From Macrostomum lignano (taxonomy: Eukaryota), in NCBI GenBank assembly GCA_002269645.1, contig NIVC01001269.1, positions 1 through 64,000 on the forward strand: a stretch of 64,000 nt of DNA, written 5' to 3'. Shown one piece after another: positions 35,275-48,500 of this stretch. The translations under genes were made by a program, and so were the position numbers. Position 1 is the stretch's first letter, and the number at the start of each line of letters is the position of its first letter. Under the pieces are notes generated by a model. It searched no databases. It was given only the letters and a program-made list of their open reading frames with translations, and was not told the origin of the DNA.

Positions 35275-38200
35275 ATGACTTTAAGCTCTAAAGAGTTGGG
35301 TAATTTGATGAGGTAAGTACTTATGGTTTTGTATCATTATTATAGCTTGTTTTAGTGTATACTTTAGTAATTGCCCTCCATAAGCATTTTTAAAACTATT
35401 CTCACCGCCAGTGATGTCCGTGACATGTGACAGACATCACTGAGGGTGAGAGCATTTTTAAAAATCTGGTATGTGGTCTCCTTAGACCTTTTTCCCCTTA
35501 TCCAGTTCTTAAATTTTTCCTTGAACTTTCCTTGAACTTAAGGATTTTAAATGTCTAAATCTTCTTATTTTCAGCCAATTAAGAATCTAATTCCCTTTTA
35601 TAATTAGTTATATTAAGATATTTAATGCCCTGCTAAACAAATTGCTTAATGAATCATTTACAAAGCAATTCAATGTGTTGGGTATTGTTATTGGCTATTG
35701 GATCAATTCACTAAAGTCATATCAATTTGGCCTATGATTAAAAATGTGCAAGCTGTGCCAATCCCCATGCTAGCAAGCTCAACAGGTGCAGTATAAAGTA
35801 GCTACTTAGTTAATAGCCTTTAGACCTATGTTAGATGCATGCAAATTCAGTGACAAACAAATTCGGCAACAGAAATTTAACATAAACAATTTTGGCAAAA
35901 GCAAATTTGGTAACAATCTAGGCAAATTTAGCAAACATCTCTTTATAGCTAAGACAAGTTAAAGCAAATTACAATTAATAAAGGCTTTTTAAAATGCTTG
36001 TAAAAGTTTATAAATGTAAAATAATTATTGCATAAGGGTGTCAAAATAACTAAAAAGTGTTTTGTTACATAGGACATCTCGCATATTCAAGAATGTGGTA
36101 TGTATGAGTAATATGTGTGGGCCACTAGACATTTTTTAAATTTTGTTAGTTTTCTTTGCATAGCATATTTTTGCAAATATTTTTCCCTAATATTATAACC
36201 AATAGAAGGACCTTATTAGGCATAAAAGAAGTTTATTGTTTTGTTTTTTCCAAGTTTTTGCTTATTATTAGAGGTTTTTCTCAAATGATTCAGTCAATCA
36301 TTATGATTGTTATTAGTTTTTGAAAAGTCTAAAGCCTTATTAGAAAGACAATGATATTTTACTTTAATAAATATATAGTCCCTTGTGCTCATTTGTCTAT
36401 AGTTATAACTCCTAATTGAAATTTTTTATAAATATAAGTTGCTTAAACCCTAGGCCCCATAGTGCGGAAGGATTTCTGTATACGATGGAAGGTAAATTTT
36501 CATTTCGGCCTGTTGTATGACAGTACGACAGGGATTGGAAAATGGTACTAGTGTTGTACGACAGAGTTAGAGTTTAAGGAAGTGCTGTATGACAAAAATA
36601 GTGGCATTTACATGAAATTGGCAATAAATAAAAAGTCAACTTTTTGAATATGTGGGTAGGTGCGGGAAATTCTTGATATTGCGTTTTTTTAATATGCAAA
36701 GTAAAACAACAGATATATTGTACTTTTCTGCTTGCAATGTCAAGTATAGTTTTGCACCAATAAAATTGAATTTAAGAGTTTGTACGAATATAATACTGAT
36801 AATTTAAATTACCCTTTGAGTGGAAAAGTGCAACTATTGAATTTTTACTTCTTTGCTTCAACACAATATGTTAACAATGACGTTATGAGTTAGTTACGAG
36901 ACTACAAGTATCTGGTACTGGTGTCCGATTGTCCATCAAAGGAATACTAACTATGTCTATGCTTCACGTATGAGTCGTATGACATTGACAAGTGTACGAC
37001 AGTGTACGACATAGCGCCCCCCAAAAATTAGCGATGTACAACATGTACGACAGGCGATCCCTGTGTACAACGGAGATTTCTGGCATATACCCGTCCTTCC
37101 GCACTATGGCCTAGGCCTAATTAAAAAAGGCTTGAAAAACCTAAAAGCAAAAAATCAAAGCTTGTTTTTAACAACTCTAAGTTTTATATCTTGGATTAAA
37201 TTTTGGCTATTGATAACTATGGGTATTTCAAATATATTGAATCTAGAAACAATATTTAGGCAGGTTTTTTTACTTTTGAGATCTAAACCTGATCTATATT
37301 CTATTATATATGTAGGTTTCTTGACAAATATTTATCTTAGATGTATATATATATGTCTAGAGACTAGAGAGGCATTTAGCCTAAAAGTATAATTATATAT
37401 TTTATTAAAAATGTATGTATATTTATAGCTAATACTTTTAAATAACAATTTTAAGTAAATCTATCATTTTAAAGCTTTAATAATATTAGAAACAATATTT
37501 TCTTGCCAATAGCTTTTATGTCTAGTTTCTTTTTTATTATAGAACCATGTCTATCTTAGATAGCAATAAAGATAACCAAACCAATTTCACTTGGATTCAA
37601 AATTTCATTTCTTAAAGTTTGCAAAAGGGGGTTGTAGCCTCATACATGCGCAACCTCCAAAATTTGGTCGGCTATGCGACTTAGTTTTAACAAAAATGTG
37701 ACATAGTTTTTGGCCAAAAATGCAACTTACATGTAAAAAAAACCCTTAATGCAAAATTAACGCAACTTTGGGTAAACGGCACGAGTAACTATGACTGTCT
37801 TATTAAGGCAAAATGCCTCGTCAGCTACTTAGTACTACACTGGTATTTTTTCGAGTGGGCATTTTTGCAACTTCCTTGGTTGGCTGCCAAATCGGTCGGC
37901 CGAATCGGCCGACTCGGCCAACTGTTGCGCATGTGTGTGTAGCCTAGAGGTCAAAGTGTTAGACTTATGACTAAAAGGTTAGGGGTTAAATTCCTGAATC
38001 CTACTGGAACAATTTGTCCTTGAGCAAGACCATACATGCGCAACAGTCGGCTGAGTCGGCCGATCCGGCTGACTGATTTGGCGGCCATTGGCCAACCAAG
38101 GTGAGTTGCAAAAATGCCCAGCCCAAAAAAACAGATGTAGTACTAATTATATGATGAGGCATTAAGCCCTTATAAGACACTCATAGTTACTCCTGCCGTC

Positions 38201-41200
38201 TACCCAAAATTGCGTCGCATTTTTGTTAAAACTAAGTCGCACAGCCAACAAAATTTTGGAGGTTGCGCATGTATGAGCAAGACACTTAACTCTGCATTGC
38301 TTTAGTTCACCCAGCTATAAAATGGGTGCTAGTATTAGCTGGGATAATTGAGGGTGTATGTGGCAACCCCCTAGTCCTTGGACTGAACAGCTATATATGG
38401 CCTTCAGATGTGCCATGCAATAGCTATGGCTGAGCTGTTGGTTGCACATCTGCTTATTATGGCAGATATAATCAATTATTATTATAATAATTATTATTAT
38501 TATTAATATTATTGTTAATATTGCAATATAGAACTTATAAAGGTTGAATTTAGCCAAAATAGTAATTAAAAAATATAGTATCAAAGTAACAATCTTTAAA
38601 TTTTTCTAAGATTTCTTAGTTGAATATTCCTAACTACATATTGTGTAATACTAGTGCCAATGTGAAAGGAAAATAAAATTATTTAAAAAAATTTTCTTTC
38701 TTCACAAAATTTTAGCCTGCTTACTTTGGACCAGTGTGCCAATAATACTTTTGAAAACATTGGTCAGCAAGTGCAGAAGTATTTTACTAAACAAGATGGA
38801 TTCAAGGTTGGCACTGCTTTGGTAAGTAGAAGAATGCTTCATATGCCATTTTTTATATTTTAATAGTAGAATTTGAGTTCAATTGTTAAAGGCAGGTGGG
38901 TGAAAGGTTGTGAAGGGAGGTGGGTAAAGGGAGGTGGATGAAGGGAGATGGAATGATGGATGAAGGGTGGAGGGTAAAGGGAGGTGGGTGAATGGAGGTG
39001 GTAAAGGGAGGTGGGTGAAAGGAGGTGGTAAATGGAGGTGTTAAGGGGAGGTAGGTGAAGGGAGGTGGTGAAGGGAGGTGGGTGAAAGGAGGTGGTGAAG
39101 GAAGGTGGGGGAAGGGAGGTGGTGAAGGGAGGTGGGTGAAAGGAGGTGGTGAATGGAGGTGTTGAAGGGAGGTAGGTGAAGGGAGGTGGTGAAGGGAGGT
39201 GGGGAAGGGAGGTGGGGGAAGGGAGGTGGTGAAGGGAGGTGGGTGAAAGGAGGTGGTGAAGGGAGGTGGGTGAAAGGAGGTGGTAAAGGGAGGTAGGTAA
39301 AGGGAGGTGGTGAAAAGAGGTGGGTGAAAGGTGGTGAAGGGAGGTGGGTGAATGGAGGTGGTGAAGGGAGGTAGGTAAAGGGAGGTGGTGAAAAGAGGTG
39401 GGTGAAAGAAGGTGGGGGAAGGGAGGTGGTGAAGGGAGGTGGGTGAATGGAGGTGGTGAAGGGAGGTAGGTAAAGGGAGGTGGTGAAAAGAGGTGGGTGA
39501 AAGAAGGTGGGGGAAGGGAGGTGGTGAAGGGAGGTGGTGAAGGGAGGTGGTGAAGGGAGGTGGGTGAAAGGAGGTGGTGAATGGAGGTGTTGAAGGGAGG
39601 TAGGTGAAGGGAGGTGGTGAAGGGAGGTGGGGGAAGGGAGGTGGGGAAGGGAGGTGGTGAAGGGAGGTGGGTGAAAGGAGGTGGTGAAGGGAGGTGGGTG
39701 AAAGGAGGTGGTAAAGGGAGGTAGGTAAAGGGAGGTGGTGAAAAGAGGTGGGTGAAAGGTGGTGAAGGGAGGTGGGTGAATGGAGGTGGTGAAGGGAGGT
39801 AGGTAAAGGGAGGTAGGTAAAGGGAGGTGGTGAAAAGAGGTGGGTGAAAGGTGGTGAAGGGAGGTGGGTGAATGGAGGTGGTGAAGGGAGGTAGGTAAAG
39901 GGAGGTAGGTAAAGGGAGGTGGTGAAAAGAGGTGGGTGAAAGGTGGTGAAGGGAGGTGGGTGAATGGAGGTGGTGAAGGGAGGTAGGTAAAGGGAGGTGG
40001 TGAAAAGAGGTGGGTGAAAGGAGCTGGGGGAAGGGAGGTGGGTGAACGGAAGTGAGGTTAAAAATGAACACCGACAGTTTTTGCATTCTCATCTCGCATT
40101 CGCTTCGGCAGGTGTTGCTCCTGCAGAACCCCGATCTGCTGCCTAATCGGATGCAACAGCTGGTGGCTCTCTACCTGCTCTGGGAGTTGACCCGAGTTGA
40201 CCCGCCCAATGTGAACCCATTTCAACCCGCGTTTGTTTACGCCATGCGATCGGACGAGAACGATACGAGGCATTTTCGCGTTCCCTGCCTGCCGCTGCAG
40301 GAGCGCGTGTTCTTGTACAGCCTGCTGCAGAGCACCCACGCCAGCGGCCAGCCTTCTAGGGAACTCTTGAAGAAAACCCCTCAGCAGGTTTGTAAAACTG
40401 TTGGTGTCTGTCATCTTGAAATGCACGAGTCAGTGTTTCATTAATCATTACGAGGCAATAAATCAGCCTCAAACCTAAATAAATCATATATCTGCAACCA
40501 AAAATCATCATTCAGAAACCATAAATCATCATTCAGAAACCATAAATCATCATTCAGAAACCATAAATCATCATTCAAAAACCATAAATCATCATTCAAA
40601 AACCATAAATCATCATTCAGAAACCATAAATCATCATTCAAAAACCATAAATCATCATTCAGAAACCATAAATCATCACTCAAAAACCATAAATCATCAT
40701 TCAGAAACCATAAATCATCATTCAGAAACCATAAATCATCATTCAAAAACCATAAATCATCATTCAGAAACCATAAATCATCACTCAAAAACCATAAATC
40801 ATCATTCAGAAACCATAAATAATCATTCAAAAACCATAAATCATCATTCAAAAACCATAAATCATCATTCAGAAACCATAAATCATCATTCAAAAACCAT
40901 AAATCATCATTCAGAACCATAAATCGTCATTAAAAAGCCATAAATCATCCTTCAGAAACCATAAATCATCATTCAGACGCTATAAATTATCCCCAAATCA
41001 CCGCAGATAGCCAACAGTGTATTCCCGCCCAACGTGATTCCCAGCGAGCTGGACCTGAGTTTCCTAGAAAGCCCATACGCGGAGCGGGCCAAGGAGATGC
41101 CGGTGGTGAGTCGGGTTGCTATGCCGTGCGTCCTGTCCGATCCCGAGCGCCGTCTGGCCTCGATGGAATCTTACAGCGGCTCGGGCAGCTCTGCGGAGGC

Positions 41201-42481
41201 CCAGCGCCAGGTGCTGGACTCGCTGCTCACCGGTGATCAGGCAGCTGTCCGATCTCACCTGCGGCCGGAGTTTCTCCTGCTAGCGCCGCCGCTGCACAGC
41301 GTCGGGATCGAGGACGAGCTCGTGTGGATGTCGCCGACTGGCCTTGAGCACACCGCTCAGTGGGACGCCTCTATGTGCCAGAGCGGCTCTTCCGGGGGTG
41401 AGTGACATTTGAAGGTCAAACTAGTTATTTTCTAAGCTGCTAAAATGCTACAGGTGTCGAATCTCACCCAACATCACCTGAGAATCTCACCCAACCCCAC
41501 CTGAGAATCTCATCCAACCCTATCTGAGAATCTCACCAGAATCTCACCCAATCCCACGTGAGAATCTCACCCAACCCCATCTGAGAATCTCACCCAACCC
41601 CATCTGAGAATCTCACCCAACCCCATCTGAGAATCTCACCCAACCCCATCTGAGAATCTCACCCAACCCCATCTGAGAATCTCACCCAATCCCCACGTGA
41701 GAATCTCACCCAACCCCATCTGAGAATCTCACCCAACCCCATCTGAGAATCTCACCCAACCTCGTCTAATCTCACCCAACCCCACCTGTGAATCTCACCC
41801 AACCTCACCTGAGAATCTCACCCAACCCCTATCCTCCCAGCCGAGACCCGGAAGCTGATGGTGCGGGCCTTCAAGCAGACTCTGCAACAGTCGCAGATTC
41901 GCCAGCTAAACGAGGCCATCTCCCAGGATCCCAAGCTGATCAGCCTAAGCGGCATGTCTCCATCCCGGCTGCCCGAACTGGTTGAGCACAATCCCCTGGT
42001 TGCTATCGAGGTGCTGCTCACCTTGATGAAGGCCAGCTCGCCCCAAGTCACAGACTATTTCTCTGTCCTAGTGAACATGGAGATGTCCCTGCACAGCATG
42101 GAGGTTGTCAACCGCCTGACAACCAGTGTTGAACTGCCTGCGGAGTTCATCCACCTGTACATCAGCAACTGCATATCGTCGTGCGAGTCAACCAAGGACA
42201 AGTACATGCAGAACAGGCTGGTCAGGCTGGTGTGCGTGTTCCTGCAGTCGCTGATCCGCAATAAGATTATTGACGTCAAGAATATCTACATCGAGGTGCA
42301 GGCTTTCTGCATCGAGTTCAACCGCATCCGGGAGGCTGCTGGCTTGTTCCGGCTGCTAAAATCCTTGGAGTCCAGCGATGGCAGCGTCGACTCCGCCGCC
42401 GCTTCTGCCGCTCTGGCTGCTGGCGGCGGCGGCCCGGGTTCGAATCCGCCTAGCGCCGCCACCACGCCTTCGAAGCCGTAG
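35275..42481 (+). CDS. CNOT11: CCR4-NOT transcription complex subunit 11 (483 aa, 5 exons)
   Basis: Exons 35275-35312, 38716-38821, 40112-40387, 41007-41397 and 41841-42481 join in frame (1452 nt). The C-terminal domain [35 protein letters not shown]...[25 protein letters not shown]...[22 protein letters not shown] and the N-terminal LLQNPDLLP...ALYLLWE are recognisable CNOT11 sequence. Confidence 0.95.
35401..35450. other. Short near-perfect palindrome (hairpin) in CNOT11 intron 1
   Basis: ctcacc-gc-cagtgatgtc...gacatcactg-ag-ggtgag. Confidence 0.6.
36453..37111. mobile_element. MITE with TA target duplication
   Basis: TIRs ggccccatagtgcggaagga and tccttccgcactatggcc, flanked by TA at 36451-52 and 37112-13. 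Subterminal gta(c/t)gaca motif repeats. Confidence 0.75.
37641..37937. mobile_element. hAT-type MITE, copy 1
   Basis: TIRs catacatgcgcaac and gttgcgcatgtgtg; 8-bp TSD tgtagcct at 37633-37640 and 37938-37945. Confidence 0.85.
38031..38275. mobile_element. hAT-type MITE, copy 2 (opposite orientation)
   Basis: TIRs catacatgcgcaac and gttgcgcatgtatg; 8-bp TSD agcaagac at 38023-38030 and 38276-38283. Body is the reverse complement of copy 1. Confidence 0.9.
38891..40052. repeat. Purine/G-rich degenerate satellite in CNOT11 intron 2
   Basis: Repeats of gaagggaggtggt, gggaggtgggt and aaaggagg. Confidence 0.9.
40495..40980. repeat. 21-bp minisatellite in CNOT11 intron 3
   Basis: Unit aaaccataaatcatcattca(g/a). 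Confidence 0.9.
41460..41830. repeat. 23-bp minisatellite in CNOT11 intron 4
   Basis: Unit gagaatctcacccaaccccatct, running up to the acceptor at 41840. Confidence 0.9.
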
Positions 42482-42574
42482 GCTGTATGTTTGGGGGACT
42501 CTGGGCGGAACATGTTTTTTTGTTGTTTATTATTTCACTTACCTAGTAAAACCTATAGGCCATAATAATAAGCT

Positions 42575-42835
42575 AAGCCATTCTAAGAATCCTCCTGTAA
42601 ACCATTTTCTAAGAATCTTCCTATAAATAAAACATTTTCTAATCGTCTCAACGAGCCATTTTCTAAGAATCGTCCCAATTAACTATTTTCTAAGAGTCGT
42701 CCTATAAACCATTTTCTAAGAATTATCCCAATCTGCCATTTTCCAAAAATCTTCCTATAAGCCAGTTTCTAAGAATCGTCATATAAACAGTTTTCTAGGA
42801 ATCGCTCTATAAAAATTTTCTAAGAATCCTCCCTT
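42575..42835. repeat. Degenerate repeat downstream of the CNOT11 stop
   Basis: Recurring ccattttctaagaatc(g/t)tcc. Confidence 0.7.
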
Positions 42836-43348
42836 GAGTTTCGAGTTGAAGTATCTCTGTTGTTTTCTCTGCTTTTGCATCTGTTAATGTTTGAGTTCAA
42901 AACCCCTGAATTAAAATGCATGTACCTGACACGGCATTTTGTAAGCATCTAGATACTTGAAGTAGTTAAGGTGTAACTAGGCTGTTAGTAATATAAATTA
43001 ATTGTTATGATAGGTTCTGTCGTTCTATTTACTGCTTGACTTCTTTGCATTGCTGATTTGTATTTCTGAATGATAATAACGTTAAAACTTCTTCTAGTTT
43101 TACCCGTGTTCAACTCACTGTCTGTCTAAAATCTTGTTGTCTATTGCCCCATCCTGACTGTTGATCTATACTCCTTAGTACGAGTATTTTATAAGGAAAA
43201 TTTAAAATAAACAATAAATCATCAGTGCAACATTGAGATTTGGTTTGTGTACATCTCCCTTATCGCCTCTAGTGTTTGTGAAAACCTTATGAATATTTTT
43301 ATTGTCGATTGTTTCTATCTAAAAAAATTAACTTGGTGTGCCATCTAA

Positions 43349-44140
43349 GGGTGAGATTTAGGTTTGAGGCTGTACTATCTATCTCAGGGTGAGATTTCAG
43401 TTTAAGGCTGTACTATCTATCTCAGGGTGAGATTTCGGTTTGAGGCTGTACTATCTATCTCAGGGTGAGATTTCAGTTTAAGGCTGTACTATCTATCTCA
43501 GGGTGAGATTTCAGTTTAAGGCTGTACTATCTATCTCAGGGTGAGATTTCAGTTTAAGGCTGTACTATCTATCTCAGGGTGAGATTTCGGTATGAGGCTG
43601 TACTATCTATCTCAGGGTGAGATTTCAGTTTAAGGCTGTACTATCTATCTCAGGGTGAGATTTCAGTTTAAGGCTGTACTATCTATCTCAGGGTGAGATT
43701 TCGGTATGAGGCTGTGCTATCTATCTCAGGGTGAGATTTCAGTTTAAGGCTGTACTATCTATCTCAGGGTGAGATTTCAGTTTAAGGCTGTACTATCTAT
43801 CTCAGGGTGAGATTTCGGTATGAGGCTGTACTATCTATCTCAGGGTGAGATTTCGGTATGAGGCTGTACTATCTATCTCAGGGTGAGATTTCAGTTTGAG
43901 GCTGTACTATCTATCTCAGGGTGAGATTTCGGTATGAGGCTGTACTATCTATCTCAGGGTGAGATTTCGGTTTGAGGCTGTACTATCTATCTCAGGGTGA
44001 GATTTCAGTTTGAGGCTGTACTATCTATCTCAGGGTGAGATTTCGGTTTGAGGCTGTATTATCTATCTCAGGGTGAGATTTCGGTTTGAGGCTGTGCTAT
44101 CTATCTCAGGGTGAGACTTCCGTTTGAGGTTGTTCTATTC
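43349..44140. repeat. 38-bp minisatellite
   Basis: Unit gggtgagatttcagtttaaggctgtactatctatctca. Confidence 0.92.
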
Positions 44141-44745
44141 CAGATTTAAATCGTCTCCTGAAATCAATGTGATACGTATAGAAATAATTTCTTTTTGTGA
44201 TCCTTGTGTGATTTTGAATCTTGTTGATTTAATAGAGATTTTCTGCTTTGAGTCTATAAGTCTCATCAATTATTTCTCACGTGCTACGTGACAAGCGCTG
44301 CGAAAGAAATCAACAAGTGTCAATTCAATAATTCACTGAGACGGACTTTTACTATGTTTTGAAAGACCTCAATGAAACATAGCGTGAAACATAAGAATAT
44401 CCTTACAAATTCTGGACTTCTGTAATAGAACTGGAATGCTTGTTGGACAGACTAAAAACAATTGATATAATAAAACGCTCTGGCCGTTTAGTTCAAAATG
44501 TTGGTTTAGCCGCTTGGCTGAGGCATTGGGGTTGGAAATGAGGTAAAAAAACTTTTTTGAGGAGTTTTTGAACTTATAGTGGTGATATTTTTCGGATTTT
44601 GTTTAACAAATTCATTTGTGTTCTGTGTTAACTGGATCTTTATTGGCAATGATGCGATGCTTAGGGACCAGGGGGGGGGGTCTTAAACCACCTGAGTTGC
44701 CCATGAGCGACAGGTGTAGAATAATAGGGTTTTGCCACCAGCTAA

Positions 44746-45480
44746 CATCTGAAGATTTAGCCATCAGCCCACACCTGAAGGTTAAGCCATCAGCCCACAC
44801 CTGAAGGTTCAGCCATCAGCCCACACCTGAGAGTTTAGCCATCAGCCCACATCTGAAGGTTCAGCCATCAGCCCACACCTGAAGGTTCAGCCATCAACCC
44901 ACACCTGAAGGTTCAGCCATCAGCCCACACCTGAAGGTTCAGCCATCAACCCACACCTGAAAGTGCAGCCATCAACCCACACCTGAAGGTTCAGCTATCA
45001 GCCCACACCTGAAGGTTCAGCCATCAACCCACACCTGAGATTTAGCCATCAGCCCACACCTGAAGATTTAGCCATCAGCCCACACCTGAAGATTTAGCCA
45101 TCAACCCACACCTGAGAGTTTAGCCATCAGCCAACACCTGAAGGTTCACCCATCAACCCACACCTGAGGTTCAACCATCAACCCACATCTGAGGGTTCAG
45201 CCATCAACCCACACCTGAAAGTTCAGCCATCAGCTCACAGCTGAAGGTTCAGCCATCAACCCACACCTGAAGATTTAGCCATCAGCCCACACCTGAAGAT
45301 TTAGCCATCAACCCACACCTGAGAGTTTAGCCATCAACCCACACCTGAAGGTTCAGCCATCAGTCCACACCTGAAGGTTCAGCCATCAACCCACACCTGA
45401 AGGTTCAGCCATCAACCCACACCTGAAAGTGCAGCCATCAACCCACACCTGAAAGTGCAGCCATCAACCCACATCTGAAG
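44746..45480. repeat. 26-bp minisatellite
   Basis: Unit gaaggttcagccatcaacccacacct. Confidence 0.92.
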
Positions 45481-45535
45481 GAGGATACAAACAAAAACTA
45501 ATTGGCACAGTTTCGCTTGCACAGCCAGTCGGCAG

Positions 45536-48500
45536 TCACACAGCCCTGGCGGACAGCAGCAAGCTGGGGTCCAGAGCTCGGCAGAACACCCTCCGAAACA
45601 GGCGAGCCTCCGCCGAGTTCAAATTGTACGGCGCCTCGGTGGTGTACAGCCGCTCAGTCACCGACGGCATCCGGCCAAATCGACCGCCGGCCGATGCGGC
45701 GGCTGCGGCGGCGGCTGCCGCCCCGGCAAAGTCCGGCCCGGCCCTGGCCTGAATGTCGCGGCCTTTGGCGACAAGGGGGCGGCGATCCCGGCACAGGCCG
45801 CTCAGACCCGTCAGCTGCACTCGGCGGCGGGCGGCGGTCGGTGTCGCCTCGGGCACCGGCACTGGCGGCATCGCGGCCGAATCAACGCCTTTGGGCGGGG
45901 GGAGGAATGGGTAACCGATTGGGATCAATAACATACATGTAATGGGATTAATAACATAATATCGTCAATAACACAGTGAGATCAATAACAGAATGGGATC
46001 AATAATCTTCTAGGGATTAAAAATCTACTGGGGATCAATAACATAAGGGGATTAATAAACTTATTGGGCTCAATAAATCTATTGGGATAAATGAATCTAT
46101 TGGGATCAGTAAATTAGTTGGGATAAAAAAATTAATTGGGATCAAGAATTCGATTGGGATCAATAAATCTATCAGGATCAACAAATCGATTGGAATCCAA
46201 AATTAATTAAGATCAATAATCGATCGAACATATCCCTGTCTCTCTCTCACCCTTCAACGCAGCCGGAACGTCAAAATCCCAGCCTTCAGCAGCAGCTGCT
46301 GGGCCGACTCCGCTGCTCCTCTGCCGCTGCACCGCGGACCGCCTCTCATCGTCTCCGTTGTCGCCATAGTCTGAGCCGGTCGCCTCCGCGGCGGCCGCGA
46401 TCCCCTCCAGAGCCGCCCGACGGTGCTGCATGGCCGCCTCCAGCCCGGATTCCACTCCCGCGCCGGCGACGCCGGCAGTGGCGCCCGAACGCATGGCCTG
46501 CAGTTCGCGCTCCTTCTGCTGCTCGATTAGCACGCAGCGGGTCAGCTCTGATTGGCGAGCGCGCATTCGCGACATGGCGGAGTCGTAGGTGCTGTGCGTC
46601 AGCATCGAGGCGCTGGCGGCGTCCGCGTCCACTGTGCGGCCCGGGCGGGACGCCTGCGGCGGATTGTTGGGTTGGTAATTGGCCAACGTCGTTTTGAGTA
46701 GTTTGAATTTGTAGGTAATTAGATTATCTTTGAGTAGTTTGGATGAGTAGGTAATTAGATTATCTTTGAGTAGTTTGGATGAGTAGGTAATTTCATCATC
46801 CTTGAGTAGTTTGAGTGAGTAGGTAATTAGATTATCTTTGAGTAGTTTGGATGAGTAGGTAATTAGATTATCTTTGAGTAGTTTGGATGAGTAGGTAATT
46901 TCATCATCCTTGAGTAGTTTGAGTGAGTAGGTAATTAGATCATCCTTGAGTAGTTTGAGTAAATAGAAAATTACATCATCCTTGAGTAGTTTGGGTGAGT
47001 AGATAATTATATCATATCAATTAGTTTGGGTGAGTAGGTAATTAGATCATCCTTGAGTAGTTTGAGTGAGTAGGTAATTAGATCATCCTTGAGTAGTTTG
47101 AGTGAGTAGGTAATTAGATCATCCTTGAGTAGTTTCGGGGAGTAGGTAATTAGATCATCCTTGAGTAGTTTCGGTGAGTAGGTAATTAGATCATCCTTGA
47201 GTAGTTTGAGTGAGTAGGTAATTAGATCATCGTTGAGTAGTTTCGGGGAGTAGGTAATTAGATCATCCTTGAGTAGTTTCGGTGAGTAGGTAATTAGATC
47301 ATCCTTGAGTAGTTTGGGTGAGTAGGTAATTAGATCATCCTTGAGTAGTTTGGGTGAGTAGATAATTATATCATATCAATTAGTTTGGGTGAGTAGGTAA
47401 TTAGATCATCCTTGAGTAGTTTGAGTGAGTAGGTAATTAGATCATCCTTGAGTAGTTTGAGTGAGTAGGTAATTAGATCATCCTTGAGTAGTTTCGGTGA
47501 GTAGGTAATTAGATCATCCTTGAGTAGTTTCGGTGAGTAGGTAATTAGATCATCCTTGAGTAGTTTGGGTGAGTAGGTAATTAGATCATCCTTGAGTAGT
47601 TTCGGTGAGTAGGTAATTAGATCATCCTTGAGTAGTTTGGGTGAGTAGGTAATTAGATCATCCTTGAGTAGTTTGAGTGAGTAGGTAATTAGATCATCCT
47701 TGAGTAGTTTGGGTGAGTAGGTAATTAGATCATCCTTGAGTAGTTTGGGTGAGTAGGTAATTAGATCATCCTTGAGTAGTTTGAGTGAGTAGGTAATTAG
47801 ATCATCCTTGAGTAGTTTGAGTGAGTAGGTAATTAGATCATCCTTGAGTAGTTTGGGTGAGTAGGTAATTAGATCATCCTTGAGTAGTTTGGGTGAGTAG
47901 GTAATTAGATCATCCTTGAGTAGTTTGAGTGAGTAGGTAATTAGATCATCCTTGAGTAGTTTGGGTGAGTAGATAATTATATCATATCAATTAGTTTGGG
48001 TGAGTAGGTAATTAGATCATCCTTGAGTAGTTTCGGTGAGTAGGTAATTAGATCATCCTTGAGTAGTTTCGGTGAGTAGGTAATTAGATCATCCTTGAGT
48101 AGTTTGGGTGAGTAGGTAATTAGATCATCCTTGAGTAGTTTGAGTGAGTAGTTAATTAGATAATCCTTGAGTAGTTTGAGTGAGTAGGTAATTTCATCAT
48201 CTTTGAGTAGTTTGAGTGAGTAGGTAACTACATCATCATTGAGTAGTTTGAGTGAGTAGGTAATTAGATCACCCTTGAGTAGTTTGGTTAATTGGAAAGC
48301 TGACCATTGGGTTTGACAGCAAGGAAGATCAAATTGGTAGATGCTCAGACCCAGGAGTGCCAGTTAATTTTAGTGAATGCAGCACAAGTCTGAATTATCG
48401 CTCACCAACTCGCTGGATTCCGCCGTGAAGCACCGCCTTCCATTGCCATTCTTCAGTATTGATCTGCAGGTGCTCTGCTCAACTGTGGCAGCCTGCATGG

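Larger units (their letters stand above)
37628..38515 (+). mobile_element. tRNA-derived SINE family A, copy 2, interrupted by two hAT MITEs
   Basis: Removing both insertions restores gttgtagcctagaggtcaaa...ggttaaattcc...tttgtccttgagcaagacacttaactctgc...agctataaaatgggt and the (tta)n tail. Confidence 0.8.

Noticed and set aside
38860-40092. 410-aa Pro/His/Thr-rich minus-strand ORF
   Set aside because: Translation of a G-rich satellite lying antisense within CNOT11 intron 2
40441-40920. (LNDDLWF)n ORF
   Set aside because: 21-bp intronic minisatellite read antisense; no splice or start context
46700-48290. 36-bp repeat read as in-frame (PKLLKDDLITYS)n continuing into the 46686 ORF
   Set aside because: Three 35-bp variant units shift the frame and introduce TAA. 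An in-frame acceptor (ccgcag) at 46654 explains the exon without the repeat
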